Assembly (NCBI GenBank): GCA_963712275.1
Contig: CAVQHD010000001.1
Coordinates: forward strand, 224,001 to 288,000
DNA length: 64,000 nt
Reading direction: 5' to 3'
DNA from: an uncultured Rhabdochlamydiaceae bacterium
GTDB lineage: Bacteria > Chlamydiota > Chlamydiia > Chlamydiales > Rhabdochlamydiaceae
Within the stretch, counting starts at the first letter, position 1. Each line of letters begins with the position of its first letter. Below the pieces are notes generated by a model. That model saw nothing but the letters and a program-made list of their open reading frames with translations. It was not told the origin of the DNA and ran no database searches. The position numbers and the translations under genes are program-made. Below are positions 18,974 to 29,469 of the stretch, in pieces.

Positions 18974-18988
18974 TATATGACGAACTTG

Positions 18989-20329
18989 CTATGCAAACAA
19001 GAGCAGTTTCGCGACGCATTCGACGTGGGCTGTCTGAGCAAACATATCATACGGCTGCACAACATCGGTCTTGTATCCGAACTGAGCAAGGTAGGCAAGG
19101 TCCCTGGCAAGCGTCGCCGGGTTGCACGAGATATAAATAAGCCTCTTGGGAGCAAGACGCCCTATCCCATCCAAAAAGGCAGGTTCACACCCTTTGCGCG
19201 GCGGGTTTATAAGAGCGACATCGATAGCTGTCAACGAGTCGATAAAAGTCTCACAAGGAGCGCACACAAAAGAGACGCTCTGAATTCCATTGAGCCTGCT
19301 ATTCTCTTGTGCATCTCTGATTGCTTGGGCAACCGACTCAACCCCAATCACCTTTTTAGCATGCTTGGCAAAGAGAAGAGAGAGCGTTCCGACGCCGCAA
19401 TAAGCATCAAGCACTGTTTCGTCTCCTTTAAGCTCGGCAAAGCTAAGCGCCTTCGCATAGAGGTTCTCAGCCTGAGCAGGATTGACTTGGAAAAAGGAAG
19501 CAGGAGAAACCTTGAAGGTAAGCCCACATAGCCGCTCTTCCATTGAAGGGGCGCCTGCCAGTAATCGATACTCATCTCCTAAAATGACATTCTCAGGTCC
19601 CGAATGGATGTTGTGCACGACCCCCTTGATTGCTGGATGGCATGCCATAATCTGGGCTGCAAGGCGTGATAAAAACAGAGAACCCTTCTGACTAGTCACT
19701 AAAACGATAAGCGCCTGTTGCGTATGCAGCGTACTTTTAATCAATACATGGCGCAGTTCTCCTGTTTTGGCAGCGGGATCATACGGCTCAATTCCCGATT
19801 GCATCACGATCGATCTGATTTCTCTATATACCTCTTCCCCTAAAGGTGAATGGATATGGCACGCCTTCACTTCGATGAGCTCGTGAGAGGAGCGCGCATA
19901 AAGGCCGAGTGTAAGACCTCGCTTTCCCTTTCTGACAGGCAGCTGAATCTTATGCCGATAAGCAACAGGTGATGGAGACGGCAAGCAAGGCTCTGTGATA
20001 TCACCGTCAATTTTGCCGATACGCTTTAAGGCATCAACCACCTGTTGCCGCTTGATTTCAAGCTGTTTTGAGTAGGAAAGGTGCATTAAATGACACCCCC
20101 CGCATCTCCCAAACAGCTTGCAAGGCGGCTGCACACGACTAGGAGACGGCTTAAGAATACTGCTGAGGCGTGCTCTCCCATACCGCTTTTTTCGTTGAAA
20201 AAGATGCGCCTCAACAACCTCTCCTGGCAGGGCGCCATCGACAAAAATCGTATAGCCGTCATGATAGCCAATTCCTTCTCCTTCGCTGCCGACGGCATGT
20301 ATTTGGAAAGTCATATTTTGGTTTGTCAT
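18989..20329 (-). CDS. rlmD: 23S rRNA m5U methyltransferase (TrmA/RlmD family)
   Basis: TRAM domain, CxxFGRCGGC, SFFQVN, YCGVG, NPPRKG, SCNP, HVE. Confidence 0.9.
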   Translation of the reverse strand: MTNQNMTFQIHAVGSEGEGIGYHDGYTIFVDGALPGEVVEAHLFQRKKRYGRARLSSILKPSPSRVQPPCKLFGRCGGCHLMHLSYSKQLEIKRQQVVDALKRIGKIDGDITEPCLPSPSPVAYRHKIQLPVRKGKRGLTLGLYARSSHELIEVKACHIHSPLGEEVYREIRSIVMQSGIEPYDPAAKTGELRHVLIKSTLHTQQALIVLVTSQKGSLFLSRLAAQIMACHPAIKGVVHNIHSGPENVILGDEYRLLAGAPSMEERLCGLTFKVSPASFFQVNPAQAENLYAKALSFAELKGDETVLDAYCGVGTLSLLFAKHAKKVIGVESVAQAIRDAQENSRLNGIQSVSFVCAPCETFIDSLTAIDVALINPPRKGCEPAFLDGIGRLAPKRLIYISCNPATLARDLAYLAQFGYKTDVVQPYDMFAQTAHVECVAKLLLFA

Positions 20330-20398
20330 ATACCTAATAATCTTGGATAAAAAATCTAGTGATTTCTATAATTGCCCCCATCTTCAAAGGAGGGATAA

Positions 20399-20719
20399 AT
20401 GGGTAGAAGAATCGGAAGTCTTAGAGACTCGGTCTCCACAACTTTAACACAGACTCATCAAAACCTTAGAACTCATTCGAGTTTAGGACATGCCTATACA
20501 TTTGTAACAGACGAGATTACTCCTCCAGTTTGGAACGCAGCTTGTAAAGTCAACTCTTTTTTAAGACCTAAAGTCAGTTCTGTATGGCAAACCCTTGCTG
20601 CTCATGCTCGCGCAAGACCCTATGTAACCGTTTTAGTCGGCGGTATTTTTTGTCTTGCTTTCATTCATGTGGTCGTTAGACCTTTTCGGAAAAGAGACAA
20701 CCACCCTTCTGAAAATTGA
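20399..20719 (+). CDS. Small hypothetical protein with C-terminal TM segment
   Basis: Strong AAGGAGG RBS; one hydrophobic segment; 3' end overlaps the convergent gene. Confidence 0.5.
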   Translation: MGRRIGSLRDSVSTTLTQTHQNLRTHSSLGHAYTFVTDEITPPVWNAACKVNSFLRPKVSSVWQTLAAHARARPYVTVLVGGIFCLAFIHVVVRPFRKRDNHPSEN

Positions 20720-22800
20720 TACGTCCAATGCCAGGAAGGGGTTTCGATTTTTTCAAAATAAAATTCGATCTTTTCCTGATTTTCAAGGCTTTCACGCGCG
20801 TAGCATCGGAAGCCATGTGGCACCTCGATAAAGTGATCTCCTTTCAACACGATGTTTTCAGCATAAAATTCACTCATTCCTCTTAATAAAATTTGACAGG
20901 TTTCTTGCCGGGCGATTTCATTTTTCCAATAGACGTTTGGAAGTTCGTGGTCAATCCCCTTATTGAGAATCACGACATTCTTCAAAACACACCGACCAAC
21001 CCGCTCTGAATAGACCAAACGATGATCGGTATCGTAGTGCCCCATAATCGATTCTGCTTGAATGAGCAAACTTCCATCGATGATCAAGTTTTCAAAGTCA
21101 ATTTCACTGATTTGGAGCTGAACTTCGCTCCCTGGATAGAGTTTACCTCCTCTCCATTTTTGAGCAATGATCGAATAAAGGGGGCCTAGAGCAGGATGAT
21201 AAAGCGCAATAAAAGAGGGGCCATTTTCAAAAAATTGAAGAGGATCTCCTACCGGCGGAACTTGCACATGACACTCTAGCGTCAAGAGATCGCGCACATT
21301 CTGAAGGATATCGAGGAAACACCCTTCCGGCGTCTCCAGAAGAGAGGCTCCCAGTGCAAACTCCCGCTTCACTGCGGAAATCGTCTTTCTACGATGGTTA
21401 TAAGTAAGATAAGTTTGAAGAACATCTCGAGATCCTTCTTTAAGAGGGTGTGGAAAGCATTCATCAAAAAAATCGGCAATATTTTGCATCGTTGACTCTA
21501 AACGAGCCACCTCTTCTTCCTTTTTTGCTCCCTCAGATGTTCGGTAGTTGATTTTTTTCATATTGACCAAGATCCCAGGAATCGGAGAGCGCGCCACCGC
21601 CTCTGCAATACTTGCAATATCGACAAATAGAATGTTTGTATTTGAAGGAAATTTAGAATAGGGGCTTCCAGGCCTTTCAGGGGTATCTTGGATACCAAAC
21701 TTTTTGAAATCGCAATATTCAATGTTAGTGAGCGAGTAACGAACCCCCGTCTCGCAATCGGTTTCAACGAGCACATTGATCCCTTCCGACGCTTTCACCA
21801 GGCGAGGACATGAGGCAAACCCAAACCGTTTATTTTGCTCACACCCAATCCCTGTAAATGCAAGGAGAGCGTAGTCTGTATTGGCGACAGGATTGTTCAC
21901 TTGCCGCACGAGCGCTTTTTTCCGATTCATGCTTTGAAACCAGTCTAAAATCCCTTCCTCTTGAGCAAGCCTCCAAAGAACTCCGTGCCCGCCCGGTTTC
22001 ATCAGAAGCTGCTGAGGACCTTGTAAACACCAGTCCCCTTGCCGATTGATCGTCGGAACAAGTGGCTGACAAAAAAGCCGAAACATCTCTCGAGGCCTTC
22101 CAAACCATCCCGCTTCCTCGCAAATCTGAACAATATGATCGTGATTATTTTTCTCCTGCGATGTCATGATGGCAATCGGTGTTGCCAGTTGCTGCCCGAA
22201 AAGCTTGTAATGAAGATACTCACGCGATTGCAAATCCACAATAAGCCCTTCTAAAAGTGTCTTCCCGAGAAAAGGGAGTCGGGCTGCAGGAAGCGGCTGC
22301 CCCGTTCTTTCATCATATAAGCGAAGGCGGTCGGCTGCTCCACCTAAGGGGTATATTTCAGCCATGAGAGAAAGAGTTCGAATCCCCTCAATTGTTGCCT
22401 TAAAGACCTCTGCAGTCTCCTCTGCAATCGAAATCCCCTCAGGAGGAAGATACCGGCCTCCACACCCCTTTTTTCCATCGGCGCGCAGCAACTCAAGCAT
22501 CCGCGCATGATACCCAATCACACCTCCGATCAATGCATAAAACCGTTCAACCTGGTCCAACTGGTCGAGAAGAGGCGCGACCTTTTTTAAATCAAATGAC
22601 GTGAGAAGCCCCTCTCCCTGCCCCGCTGCGAGAAGAGAGTACAAAACAAGCTGATGGCGCTCGGAGAGTTTTTCTTTTAAAGAAGAGACCTCAGGAGACC
22701 GCGCTAAGAATTCTTTCACCACTGGCCATTCACTGAGCAGATTGATTTTCTCTTGGAGCGTTAAGCAAACCATCAGCTGCTGGGCTAAAGAGTTTAGCAT
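20665..22800 (-). CDS. UTP--glucose-1-phosphate uridylyltransferase-like (chlamydial/plant UGP3 type)
   Basis: GGAADRL, KPGGHG, RQVNNP, NIEY, RLESTMQN motifs. Confidence 0.75.
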   Translation of the reverse strand: MLNSLAQQLMVCLTLQEKINLLSEWPVVKEFLARSPEVSSLKEKLSERHQLVLYSLLAAGQGEGLLTSFDLKKVAPLLDQLDQVERFYALIGGVIGYHARMLELLRADGKKGCGGRYLPPEGISIAEETAEVFKATIEGIRTLSLMAEIYPLGGAADRLRLYDERTGQPLPAARLPFLGKTLLEGLIVDLQSREYLHYKLFGQQLATPIAIMTSQEKNNHDHIVQICEEAGWFGRPREMFRLFCQPLVPTINRQGDWCLQGPQQLLMKPGGHGVLWRLAQEEGILDWFQSMNRKKALVRQVNNPVANTDYALLAFTGIGCEQNKRFGFASCPRLVKASEGINVLVETDCETGVRYSLTNIEYCDFKKFGIQDTPERPGSPYSKFPSNTNILFVDIASIAEAVARSPIPGILVNMKKINYRTSEGAKKEEEVARLESTMQNIADFFDECFPHPLKEGSRDVLQTYLTYNHRRKTISAVKREFALGASLLETPEGCFLDILQNVRDLLTLECHVQVPPVGDPLQFFENGPSFIALYHPALGPLYSIIAQKWRGGKLYPGSEVQLQISEIDFENLIIDGSLLIQAESIMGHYDTDHRLVYSERVGRCVLKNVVILNKGIDHELPNVYWKNEIARQETCQILLRGMSEFYAENIVLKGDHFIEVPHGFRCYARESLENQEKIEFYFEKIETPSWHWTYQFSEGWLSLFRKGLTTT

Positions 22801-22801
22801 C

Positions 22802-24943
22802 TTAGTTGGGCTGGAAAAGTTTTATCGAGTTCTCGAGATCCTCAGACCGATAGTTAGGATCTATTAATCCTTCCAAAAGATTTAGAGCACTTTTCGAAAC
22901 CGTCGTTTGAGGATCCTGCTTGTCTAGCATTTGAACTGTTGCATTCTTATTTGCTCCTAGCTCTATTAGGACTTCAAGAAAGTGGCTTCGACAAAACGGA
23001 TAAGAAAAACCGCGGGCATTGGCGGAGGCAATCTTAAGCAGAGGAGTAAAACCATTCTCATCCTTTGCTTCAATATCAAATCCTCGTTTGAATAACTCCC
23101 GAACCAATTTCTCGCTCTTACAAGCTACCCAGCATGAAGACTGCTGCCTCTTATCGAATTCGCCTACTTTAATGAAGTTTTTGTCAAGAAGGTGGAGAAC
23201 ATAGGCAAAATTTCCTTTCTCTAAAGCTTTGACAAAATAATGATGCTTTATAGGCACCGGCATTGTTGGAAAAAGATATGCGGCCAGTATTTCAAAACTG
23301 CCCAAGTCCTCATCATCCAAAAGATCTAGAGCACTTTTCGAAACCGTCGTTTGAGGATCCTGCTTGCCTGGCATTTGAACTGTTGCATTCTTATTTGCTT
23401 CTAGCTCTATTAGGACTTTAAGAAATTGGCTTCGAAAAAACGGATAAGAAAAACGGCGGGCATTGACGGAAGCAATCTTAAGCAGAGGAGTAAAATCATT
23501 CTCATCCTTTGCTTCAATATCAAATCCTCGCTTGAATAACTCCCGAACCAATTCCTCGCTCTTACAAGCTACCCAGCATGAAAACTGCTGCCTCTCATCG
23601 AATTCGTTTACTTTAATGAAGTTTTTGTTAAGAAGGTGGAGAGCATAGACAGAATTTCCATTCTCTAAAGCTTTGACAAAATAATGATGCTTTATAGGCG
23701 CCGGCATTGTTGGAAAAAGACGTGCGGCCAGTATTTCAAAATTGTTCCAGCTCTCATCGTTTATATCCTCCCACCCAAGAGACCCATCGTCAAGGAATTG
23801 ATCTAAAGCTGTTTCCCCTCCTGTATCTTGTTGGTCAAGATCAACGTTTTCATCAATTAATCTATCAAGGAGCTCAGAGTCCTTACAAATACGTTGTGTA
23901 AGAGCAGGCTCATGAAAATAATTGTTTTTAAATGCATCAACATCGTTTGAATCCGAAGAACCAATAAGCACTATTTTGTTGTTTTTTTTATAAGCTTGGT
24001 CCAAAGCTTGCAAAAGCCTAGGGTAGTTTTGGAGAGCCTTTTGTACTGACAATGCTGCCTCCGTTGGTTCTTCCGTTGATTCTAATACCTCTTGGATCGG
24101 TGTATCTAAATCAATCCAAGCACCATATTCTAAAAGTTTATAAATGTTTTTAACAGAATAAGATTGAGGGTAATTGACGAAATCCCTAATAGATTCTAAT
24201 AAAAATTGGGGTTTACTGTTTTTCAATTCCACCAAACATGGTTCTGTAGAGATCTTGCTCAAAAAAATATCAACTGCCCCTTCATCAAGACCCCTTTTTA
24301 CCAAATCCCAACACTCTAAAAGATCATCCTCATCAAATCCTTCTGTAGAGATCACCTCTTTTGACAAAGCATGGCTAATAGACTCGGCTGTACCTTTAAA
24401 CACCTCCTTAACATCTTTAACTGACAGTTTCTTCTTTTGATCTGAATGCACATCAATCACTAAATTAAAGATTTCATCAACTCCTCTATCTAGTCCTAAT
24501 GAGATAATTTTATTTATGGCATCGGGATAAGCGCGAAAAAGTTCTTGCCTAGAAGCTAAATGTTTGGCTACGTAATTTATCGCTAGCATAGGCACAGATT
24601 CTTTTTGAAATTGCTCTACAATGCATGCATCGATTGTTCTCTGAGCCCGTCGATTTTCATAACGGTAATAAACATAAGCAGTAACAAGAGACCCACCTAT
24701 TTGAGCAAGGGACCCTAGATAAGCCGCTCTTCCGATCAGCAGATTGCGTCCTATAAATCGGGATGCACACATTGCTAGAGAGCTCGTCAGCAAGAACACA
24801 TAGGCTGTACGCAACTTGACCGCCCTTAAATCAATGAGGGTTACAGCAGGGCCGCTTTGTCTGTTCTCTGACAAGTAACTTTCATAAAGCGGATTAACCG
24901 CAGACTCCCAAATCTTTAAACTGTTACAGATGGTGGCTAACAT
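22802..24943 (-). CDS. Ankyrin-repeat protein with N-terminal TM pair and an internal 148-aa duplication
   Basis: GETAL and FTPLL ankyrin motifs; DNA repeat 22872-23297 / 23316-23741. Confidence 0.75.
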   Translation of the reverse strand: MLATICNSLKIWESAVNPLYESYLSENRQSGPAVTLIDLRAVKLRTAYVFLLTSSLAMCASRFIGRNLLIGRAAYLGSLAQIGGSLVTAYVYYRYENRRAQRTIDACIVEQFQKESVPMLAINYVAKHLASRQELFRAYPDAINKIISLGLDRGVDEIFNLVIDVHSDQKKKLSVKDVKEVFKGTAESISHALSKEVISTEGFDEDDLLECWDLVKRGLDEGAVDIFLSKISTEPCLVELKNSKPQFLLESIRDFVNYPQSYSVKNIYKLLEYGAWIDLDTPIQEVLESTEEPTEAALSVQKALQNYPRLLQALDQAYKKNNKIVLIGSSDSNDVDAFKNNYFHEPALTQRICKDSELLDRLIDENVDLDQQDTGGETALDQFLDDGSLGWEDINDESWNNFEILAARLFPTMPAPIKHHYFVKALENGNSVYALHLLNKNFIKVNEFDERQQFSCWVACKSEELVRELFKRGFDIEAKDENDFTPLLKIASVNARRFSYPFFRSQFLKVLIELEANKNATVQMPGKQDPQTTVSKSALDLLDDEDLGSFEILAAYLFPTMPVPIKHHYFVKALEKGNFAYVLHLLDKNFIKVGEFDKRQQSSCWVACKSEKLVRELFKRGFDIEAKDENGFTPLLKIASANARGFSYPFCRSHFLEVLIELGANKNATVQMLDKQDPQTTVSKSALNLLEGLIDPNYRSEDLENSIKLFQPN

Positions 24944-25191
24944 GCGACTCCTTTCTTGTTCAGGAACATTGTATCAAATCCATGGATTTTTTAGCTGTGC
25001 ATAAAGATATTTTAACTTTACGGCGTTCTCTCATTCGGCTGAAAAAATAGTACTCCGGCGGATTTTTTTTGACTATAATACCCCAAGACAGTTACAAGAG
25101 ATCTTCGAGGATAAATGAAGAACCCCTCGTGAATCTATCGCCTCGAAAGAACCGAACCGATAGTGATCTAGAAAAATAAAGGAGAATCGGA

Positions 25192-25449
25192 ATGGCAAAA
25201 AAACAACAATCTACATTTATGAAGCCTATGCAGCTCAGTAAAGAGCTCTCAGCGGTCGTAGGAAATGGGCCTATGCCACGCACAGAAGTGACAAAAAAAC
25301 TCTGGGCTTACATAAAGTCTAAGCGTTGCCAAGATCCAAAAAATAAGCGAAACATCATTGCAGATGAAAAGCTTTTAAAGATCTTTGGCGGTAAAAAAAC
25401 CGTGAATATGTTTGAGATGACAAAACTCGTCAATAAACATCTTTCCTAG
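25192..25449 (+). CDS. SWIB/MDM2 domain protein
   Basis: LSAVVG..PMPRTEVTKKLWAYIK...QDPKNKRNIIADEKL. Confidence 0.92.
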   Translation: MAKKQQSTFMKPMQLSKELSAVVGNGPMPRTEVTKKLWAYIKSKRCQDPKNKRNIIADEKLLKIFGGKKTVNMFEMTKLVNKHLS

Positions 25450-25460
25450 GCTTCCTCGAT

Positions 25461-25495
25461 AGAGGAGTGCAAATTTTTTGGACTCCTCTTTTTTT
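25461..25495 (+). terminator. Rho-independent terminator
   Basis: agaggagt...actcctct stem followed by a T-run, just after the SWIB stop. Confidence 0.75.
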
Positions 25496-25517
25496 GTTTT
25501 TCAGATACAATCATCCT

Positions 25518-26339
25518 GTGAATGGCTCAATTTTCAAATATAAAATAATCGTTGCCTACGATGGGACCCGTTTTGGGGGATGGCAAATCCAACCCAATAC
25601 GACTTCAATTCAAGCTCTTATTGAAGCAGCCCTGGCAATTGTTTTACGTCAAAAAATATCGGTGATTGGCTCAGGCAGAACCGATGCAGGCGTGCACGCA
25701 AGGGGGCAAGTTGCCCATTTTGAATCTTCTTCTAAAATCGATCTTCCCAAGTTAATGCGATCGCTAGGCGCTCTTCTTCCATCAGACATTCGGATTTTAA
25801 ACATTGAGCCTACTGTCCCTGATTTCCATGCACGGTATCAGGCGCAGTCAAAAGAATATCACTACCATATCCTCCTCCATCAAACTCTCGATCCCTTCAA
25901 GCGGCTCTACGTCTACCACCATCCCTATCCTCTAGACCTTGTGGAAATAGAAAAAGGGTGCCGATTGCTTCTTGGAACACATGATTTTACCTCCTTTGCA
26001 AATGAAGCCTCAAAAGGAAGCGCAGCGAAAGATCCCATTCGCACTCTTTTCCGAGTCCAGATGCATCAAGAACCTGGCGGAATTCGGCTCGAATTTGAAG
26101 GGGATGGGTTTCTCTATAAAATGGTGTGTAATATGACAGGGACTTTGCTGAATATCGGAAAAGGAAAGATTTCAGCTCAAAGCATCCCCGCCCTCTTTGA
26201 AGCAAAAGATCGCCGGCAAGCAAGCGATGCCGCTCCCCCTCAAGGCCTGTTTTTAGTCAAAGTAAACTATACTCCGAATAACTCAGCAGAAATCGCCTCA
26301 AATGAAGAAACATGCAGCCGTTTCGCATCTCCGTTATGA
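25518..26339 (+). CDS. truA: tRNA pseudouridine(38-40) synthase
   Basis: YDGTRFGGWQ, GRTDAGVHA, FHARY, GFLYKMV; start taken at GTG 25518. Confidence 0.93.
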   Translation: MNGSIFKYKIIVAYDGTRFGGWQIQPNTTSIQALIEAALAIVLRQKISVIGSGRTDAGVHARGQVAHFESSSKIDLPKLMRSLGALLPSDIRILNIEPTVPDFHARYQAQSKEYHYHILLHQTLDPFKRLYVYHHPYPLDLVEIEKGCRLLLGTHDFTSFANEASKGSAAKDPIRTLFRVQMHQEPGGIRLEFEGDGFLYKMVCNMTGTLLNIGKGKISAQSIPALFEAKDRRQASDAAPPQGLFLVKVNYTPNNSAEIASNEETCSRFASPL

Positions 26340-26956
26340 CGCAGCTGAGGATGCGTGGAAGGACAAATTAAAACCGGCGTTGAAACGTGCGCCTCCTCAA
26401 GCGCTTGCATTCCCCGCACCGAATCCTCAAACCCAATGACCCGATCCTCTTTTGCTTTAAGCTCAGCAAGAGCGGCCACATATCCATCGGGGGCTGGCTT
26501 GGCAAGCGCATACGATTCCCGCGTAAACCATCGAGGAATGGTTTTTAAAATAGGAAGCTGCGCTTTAATCATCTCCGTCTGCACCAAGACAGAATTTGTC
26601 ACGACACACCGCTTTTTATTAAGCTCGGCAAGCCTTTCAAGAACCAGCTGAACTCCTGGAAGGAGCGAAGGTCCTCTCTTCTCAAGGAGCTCTTCGTAAA
26701 TTTTTTTCTTTTCAGCATAGAGCACCTCCCACCGAGGCTCCTGCTGGACAAGTTCAGGGAAAAGCGCGTAAATCCCTTTTCTAATCCCGACCCCATCCAA
26801 ATGGGCGATTTCTAAATATTTATGCATATCCCATGGAAGAGTCCACCCACGCCCTCGACACATTTCTCGATAAGCCTCAAAATGAAGCTCTTCCGTATTC
26901 ACCAGAAGGCCATCAAAATCAAAAAGAAATAAGTCAAACCGATCGATCCAATCCAT
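26267..26956 (-). CDS. HAD family hydrolase
   Basis: FDFDGLL, KPAPD, GFEDS. Confidence 0.88.
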   Translation of the reverse strand: MDWIDRFDLFLFDFDGLLVNTEELHFEAYREMCRGRGWTLPWDMHKYLEIAHLDGVGIRKGIYALFPELVQQEPRWEVLYAEKKKIYEELLEKRGPSLLPGVQLVLERLAELNKKRCVVTNSVLVQTEMIKAQLPILKTIPRWFTRESYALAKPAPDGYVAALAELKAKEDRVIGFEDSVRGMQALEEAHVSTPVLICPSTHPQLRHNGDAKRLHVSSFEAISAELFGV

Positions 26957-27528
26957 TATTTGGAACGAGTATATTTTAAATAAGCTGCGACAAGCATCGT
27001 CTTAACTGCTTCCACCGGGATAAAAGGGAGAAAACCCATGATTAAAATATTTTTTAACCCTACAAAATACCCCAACCAAAGCGCTCCTACGCTCATCTGT
27101 AGACAGCAAGACAAAAATAAAGCAACCGATGTGCGAATAAAACGAATATTCGACTGCCTTTCCACAAACCATCCAGCAAGATAGGCTTGAAGGATATAAG
27201 CAATCCGGTACCCCCCCGTCGGTCCCATCAGGTGAAGAAAACCCGCAGCCCCTCCTGCCCACATAGGAAGACCTAGAGATCCCTCAATAACGTAAAGAAG
27301 CGCAGCTAAGGCCCCTTTTCGGCTCCCCAATAGGCTCCCAACCAAGAGAGTGGAAAAAGTTGCACCCAGCAGAGGAACCGGCGTGAAAGGGAGCGGAATC
27401 TTAATCTGAGCGCAAAGACCGATAAAAAGTGATCCGCAGATCACCTGAAGAAGAGTGAAAAAATTAACTTTAGATCGAACCAGATCGACCCATCTCATGG
27501 AGAATTGTCCAGCCGCCACCGTTTTCAT
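26956..27528 (-). CDS. bioY: Biotin transporter BioY
   Basis: PFTPVP, G.LGLP, GPTGGY; start at ATG 27528 with AGGAG RBS. Confidence 0.9.
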   Translation of the reverse strand: MKTVAAGQFSMRWVDLVRSKVNFFTLLQVICGSLFIGLCAQIKIPLPFTPVPLLGATFSTLLVGSLLGSRKGALAALLYVIEGSLGLPMWAGGAAGFLHLMGPTGGYRIAYILQAYLAGWFVERQSNIRFIRTSVALFLSCCLQMSVGALWLGYFVGLKNILIMGFLPFIPVEAVKTMLVAAYLKYTRSK

Positions 27529-27696
27529 ATAAAGGCTCCTTCCGTTAAATGATGCCGCCATTATCCCGCTTTTTAGGTTAAAAACGAAATTAAAATATTT
27601 CCTACTTATCAAGATATTTCTGTAAATAGCTGAATTGATTTGAGTGAAACAAAAATAAGTGGTATCATCTTTTTCATTAATTTGGAGAAAAACTCG

Positions 27697-28998
27697 ATGG
27701 CTCAACCAACATCTTTCTTGACGAAAGCAGCTGAAGGAGTTACTTATTTAAATTCTTTCAGACCGACACTCCCAAGGAGTGTTCAACTGGCGCTTGCAGC
27801 CGTTGGAAATGCGGGAATTCTTATTGTTGTCATGGATAGAGTTATCACAATCTTGGGATCTAAAAGTCCGATTGGTTATAAGAGTGTCTGGGACCTCTGG
27901 GCTATGTCTGTCATTAGTTTTGCAGCATACTTCTTCAGTAAAACCCAGAAAGAGCGAGTCCAAGTTAGTGCTCCTAGAGTCGAAGTCAGTGTCCCTAAAA
28001 GTGATATGCCGGCTCAAGAGAGGATACAATTTAAAGTGTTTACCTTTCAATTAACGTCCTGCAGATTCCACTCATCCCAAGATAACACATCCTCACGGTA
28101 TTTCCGCCAAAAGATAGCTGATATATTTCAATTTATTTGCGTAAACTTAAAAGGAAAACCTTTCCCAGATGCTCCAGTCCTTAAAATCTATCCAGCTCCT
28201 TCTAACTGGGAAGAGATCAAAATTTTTAATAACAAAGAGACTCCTTTCCATGCTGAGAGCGGGCCGTTTTCCTACCCTGCTTCTACAGAAAAAGAGGTGC
28301 ACTGGACAACTTTTTATAGATCTAAAGATGACCTTTTGTCGTTTGATGACAATCATATCAATTTTGTGAACTGGCAGTTTCTTCAGTTCCCAGGTTTGGA
28401 ATTTTTATCAACAGTTTATCATAAAAAAACCATAGAGCAAAAGTTGAAAAAAGACGAAATTGCCTTAATCACTGGTGTCTACCGTCATGCCAATGTCAGC
28501 TCCCTTCTAAATAAGGATGTTGTTTCAGAGCTCCAAAATATAGATATTTCTAAAGAATTGACCTTTTGTAATCCTCCTTCCGAGGGAAAATTATTTGTTC
28601 TGGGAGCGTTAGAAACAATAACGGAAGCCAAAGTTTCTCTAGAAGATGTTACCTTTCTTTACAAATCTGCCTATAACGCCTTTTACCAAATCAAGCAGGC
28701 TCACAAAAATCAGAGAGTAGTTATTCATACAGGGCTTTGGTATACGGATAGGAAAACAAATACTTCTCTTTCTATCCTCATTCAGCGCCTTGCAGCCCAG
28801 GCTGCAGGAATTGATGAGCTGCATTATTATGGTAAGCCCACGGCAGAGCATCTGGAAGAGCATCAGCAGGTCTGGGATAAAATCAAGACAGAGCATAAAA
28901 CCCTCTCAGCAGATGCAATATTAAAGCAGCTGCTTAGCGCATTTCAAATAGCACCAGTATGGAATGAGATCATGAGAACCGCTGACTGGATAACATAA
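27697..28998 (+). CDS. Membrane-anchored degenerate PARG/macrodomain-like protein
   Basis: Two N-terminal hydrophobic segments; AYNAF...VVIHTGLW...LIQRLAAQAAG...LHYY resembles the PARG C-terminal block. Confidence 0.55.
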   Translation: MAQPTSFLTKAAEGVTYLNSFRPTLPRSVQLALAAVGNAGILIVVMDRVITILGSKSPIGYKSVWDLWAMSVISFAAYFFSKTQKERVQVSAPRVEVSVPKSDMPAQERIQFKVFTFQLTSCRFHSSQDNTSSRYFRQKIADIFQFICVNLKGKPFPDAPVLKIYPAPSNWEEIKIFNNKETPFHAESGPFSYPASTEKEVHWTTFYRSKDDLLSFDDNHINFVNWQFLQFPGLEFLSTVYHKKTIEQKLKKDEIALITGVYRHANVSSLLNKDVVSELQNIDISKELTFCNPPSEGKLFVLGALETITEAKVSLEDVTFLYKSAYNAFYQIKQAHKNQRVVIHTGLWYTDRKTNTSLSILIQRLAAQAAGIDELHYYGKPTAEHLEEHQQVWDKIKTEHKTLSADAILKQLLSAFQIAPVWNEIMRTADWIT

Positions 28999-29022
28999 CC
29001 CCTTTCAAACAAGGAACTTAAA

Positions 29023-29466
29023 ATGGAACAAACACTCGTTATTTTAAAACCTGACTCAGTGATCGATAGCCATATAGGAGAAATGATTGCTCGCTTTGAA
29101 AAAGACGCGCTTTCCCCTGTGGCAATGAAGATGGTGCATCTCACAACAGAGCAAGCAAAAGCTTTTTATGCTGTGCATGCTCAGCGCCCTTTCTATATGC
29201 AGCTCGTTCAGTTTATGGTGGAAGGACCTGTGGTTGTCATGGTTCTCGAAGGAGAGAATGCTGTTGCTAAAACGCGGGCTATCATGGGAGCGACTAACCC
29301 CCAAGATGCAGCACCTGGAACACTCCGACGCGATTTTGCAAAGTCGATCGAACGGAACGCCGTACATGGGTCTGACAGCCTTGCAAACGCGAGGCAAGAA
29401 ATCGGCTTCTTTTTCCCTTCTAAAGAGATCCACTCACGGTGCTGCAACCATTGCCATTGCCACTAA
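29023..29466 (+). CDS. ndk: Nucleoside diphosphate kinase
   Basis: [19 protein letters not shown]. Confidence 0.96.
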   Translation: MEQTLVILKPDSVIDSHIGEMIARFEKDALSPVAMKMVHLTTEQAKAFYAVHAQRPFYMQLVQFMVEGPVVVMVLEGENAVAKTRAIMGATNPQDAAPGTLRRDFAKSIERNAVHGSDSLANARQEIGFFFPSKEIHSRCCNHCHCH

Positions 29467-29469
29467 CAT

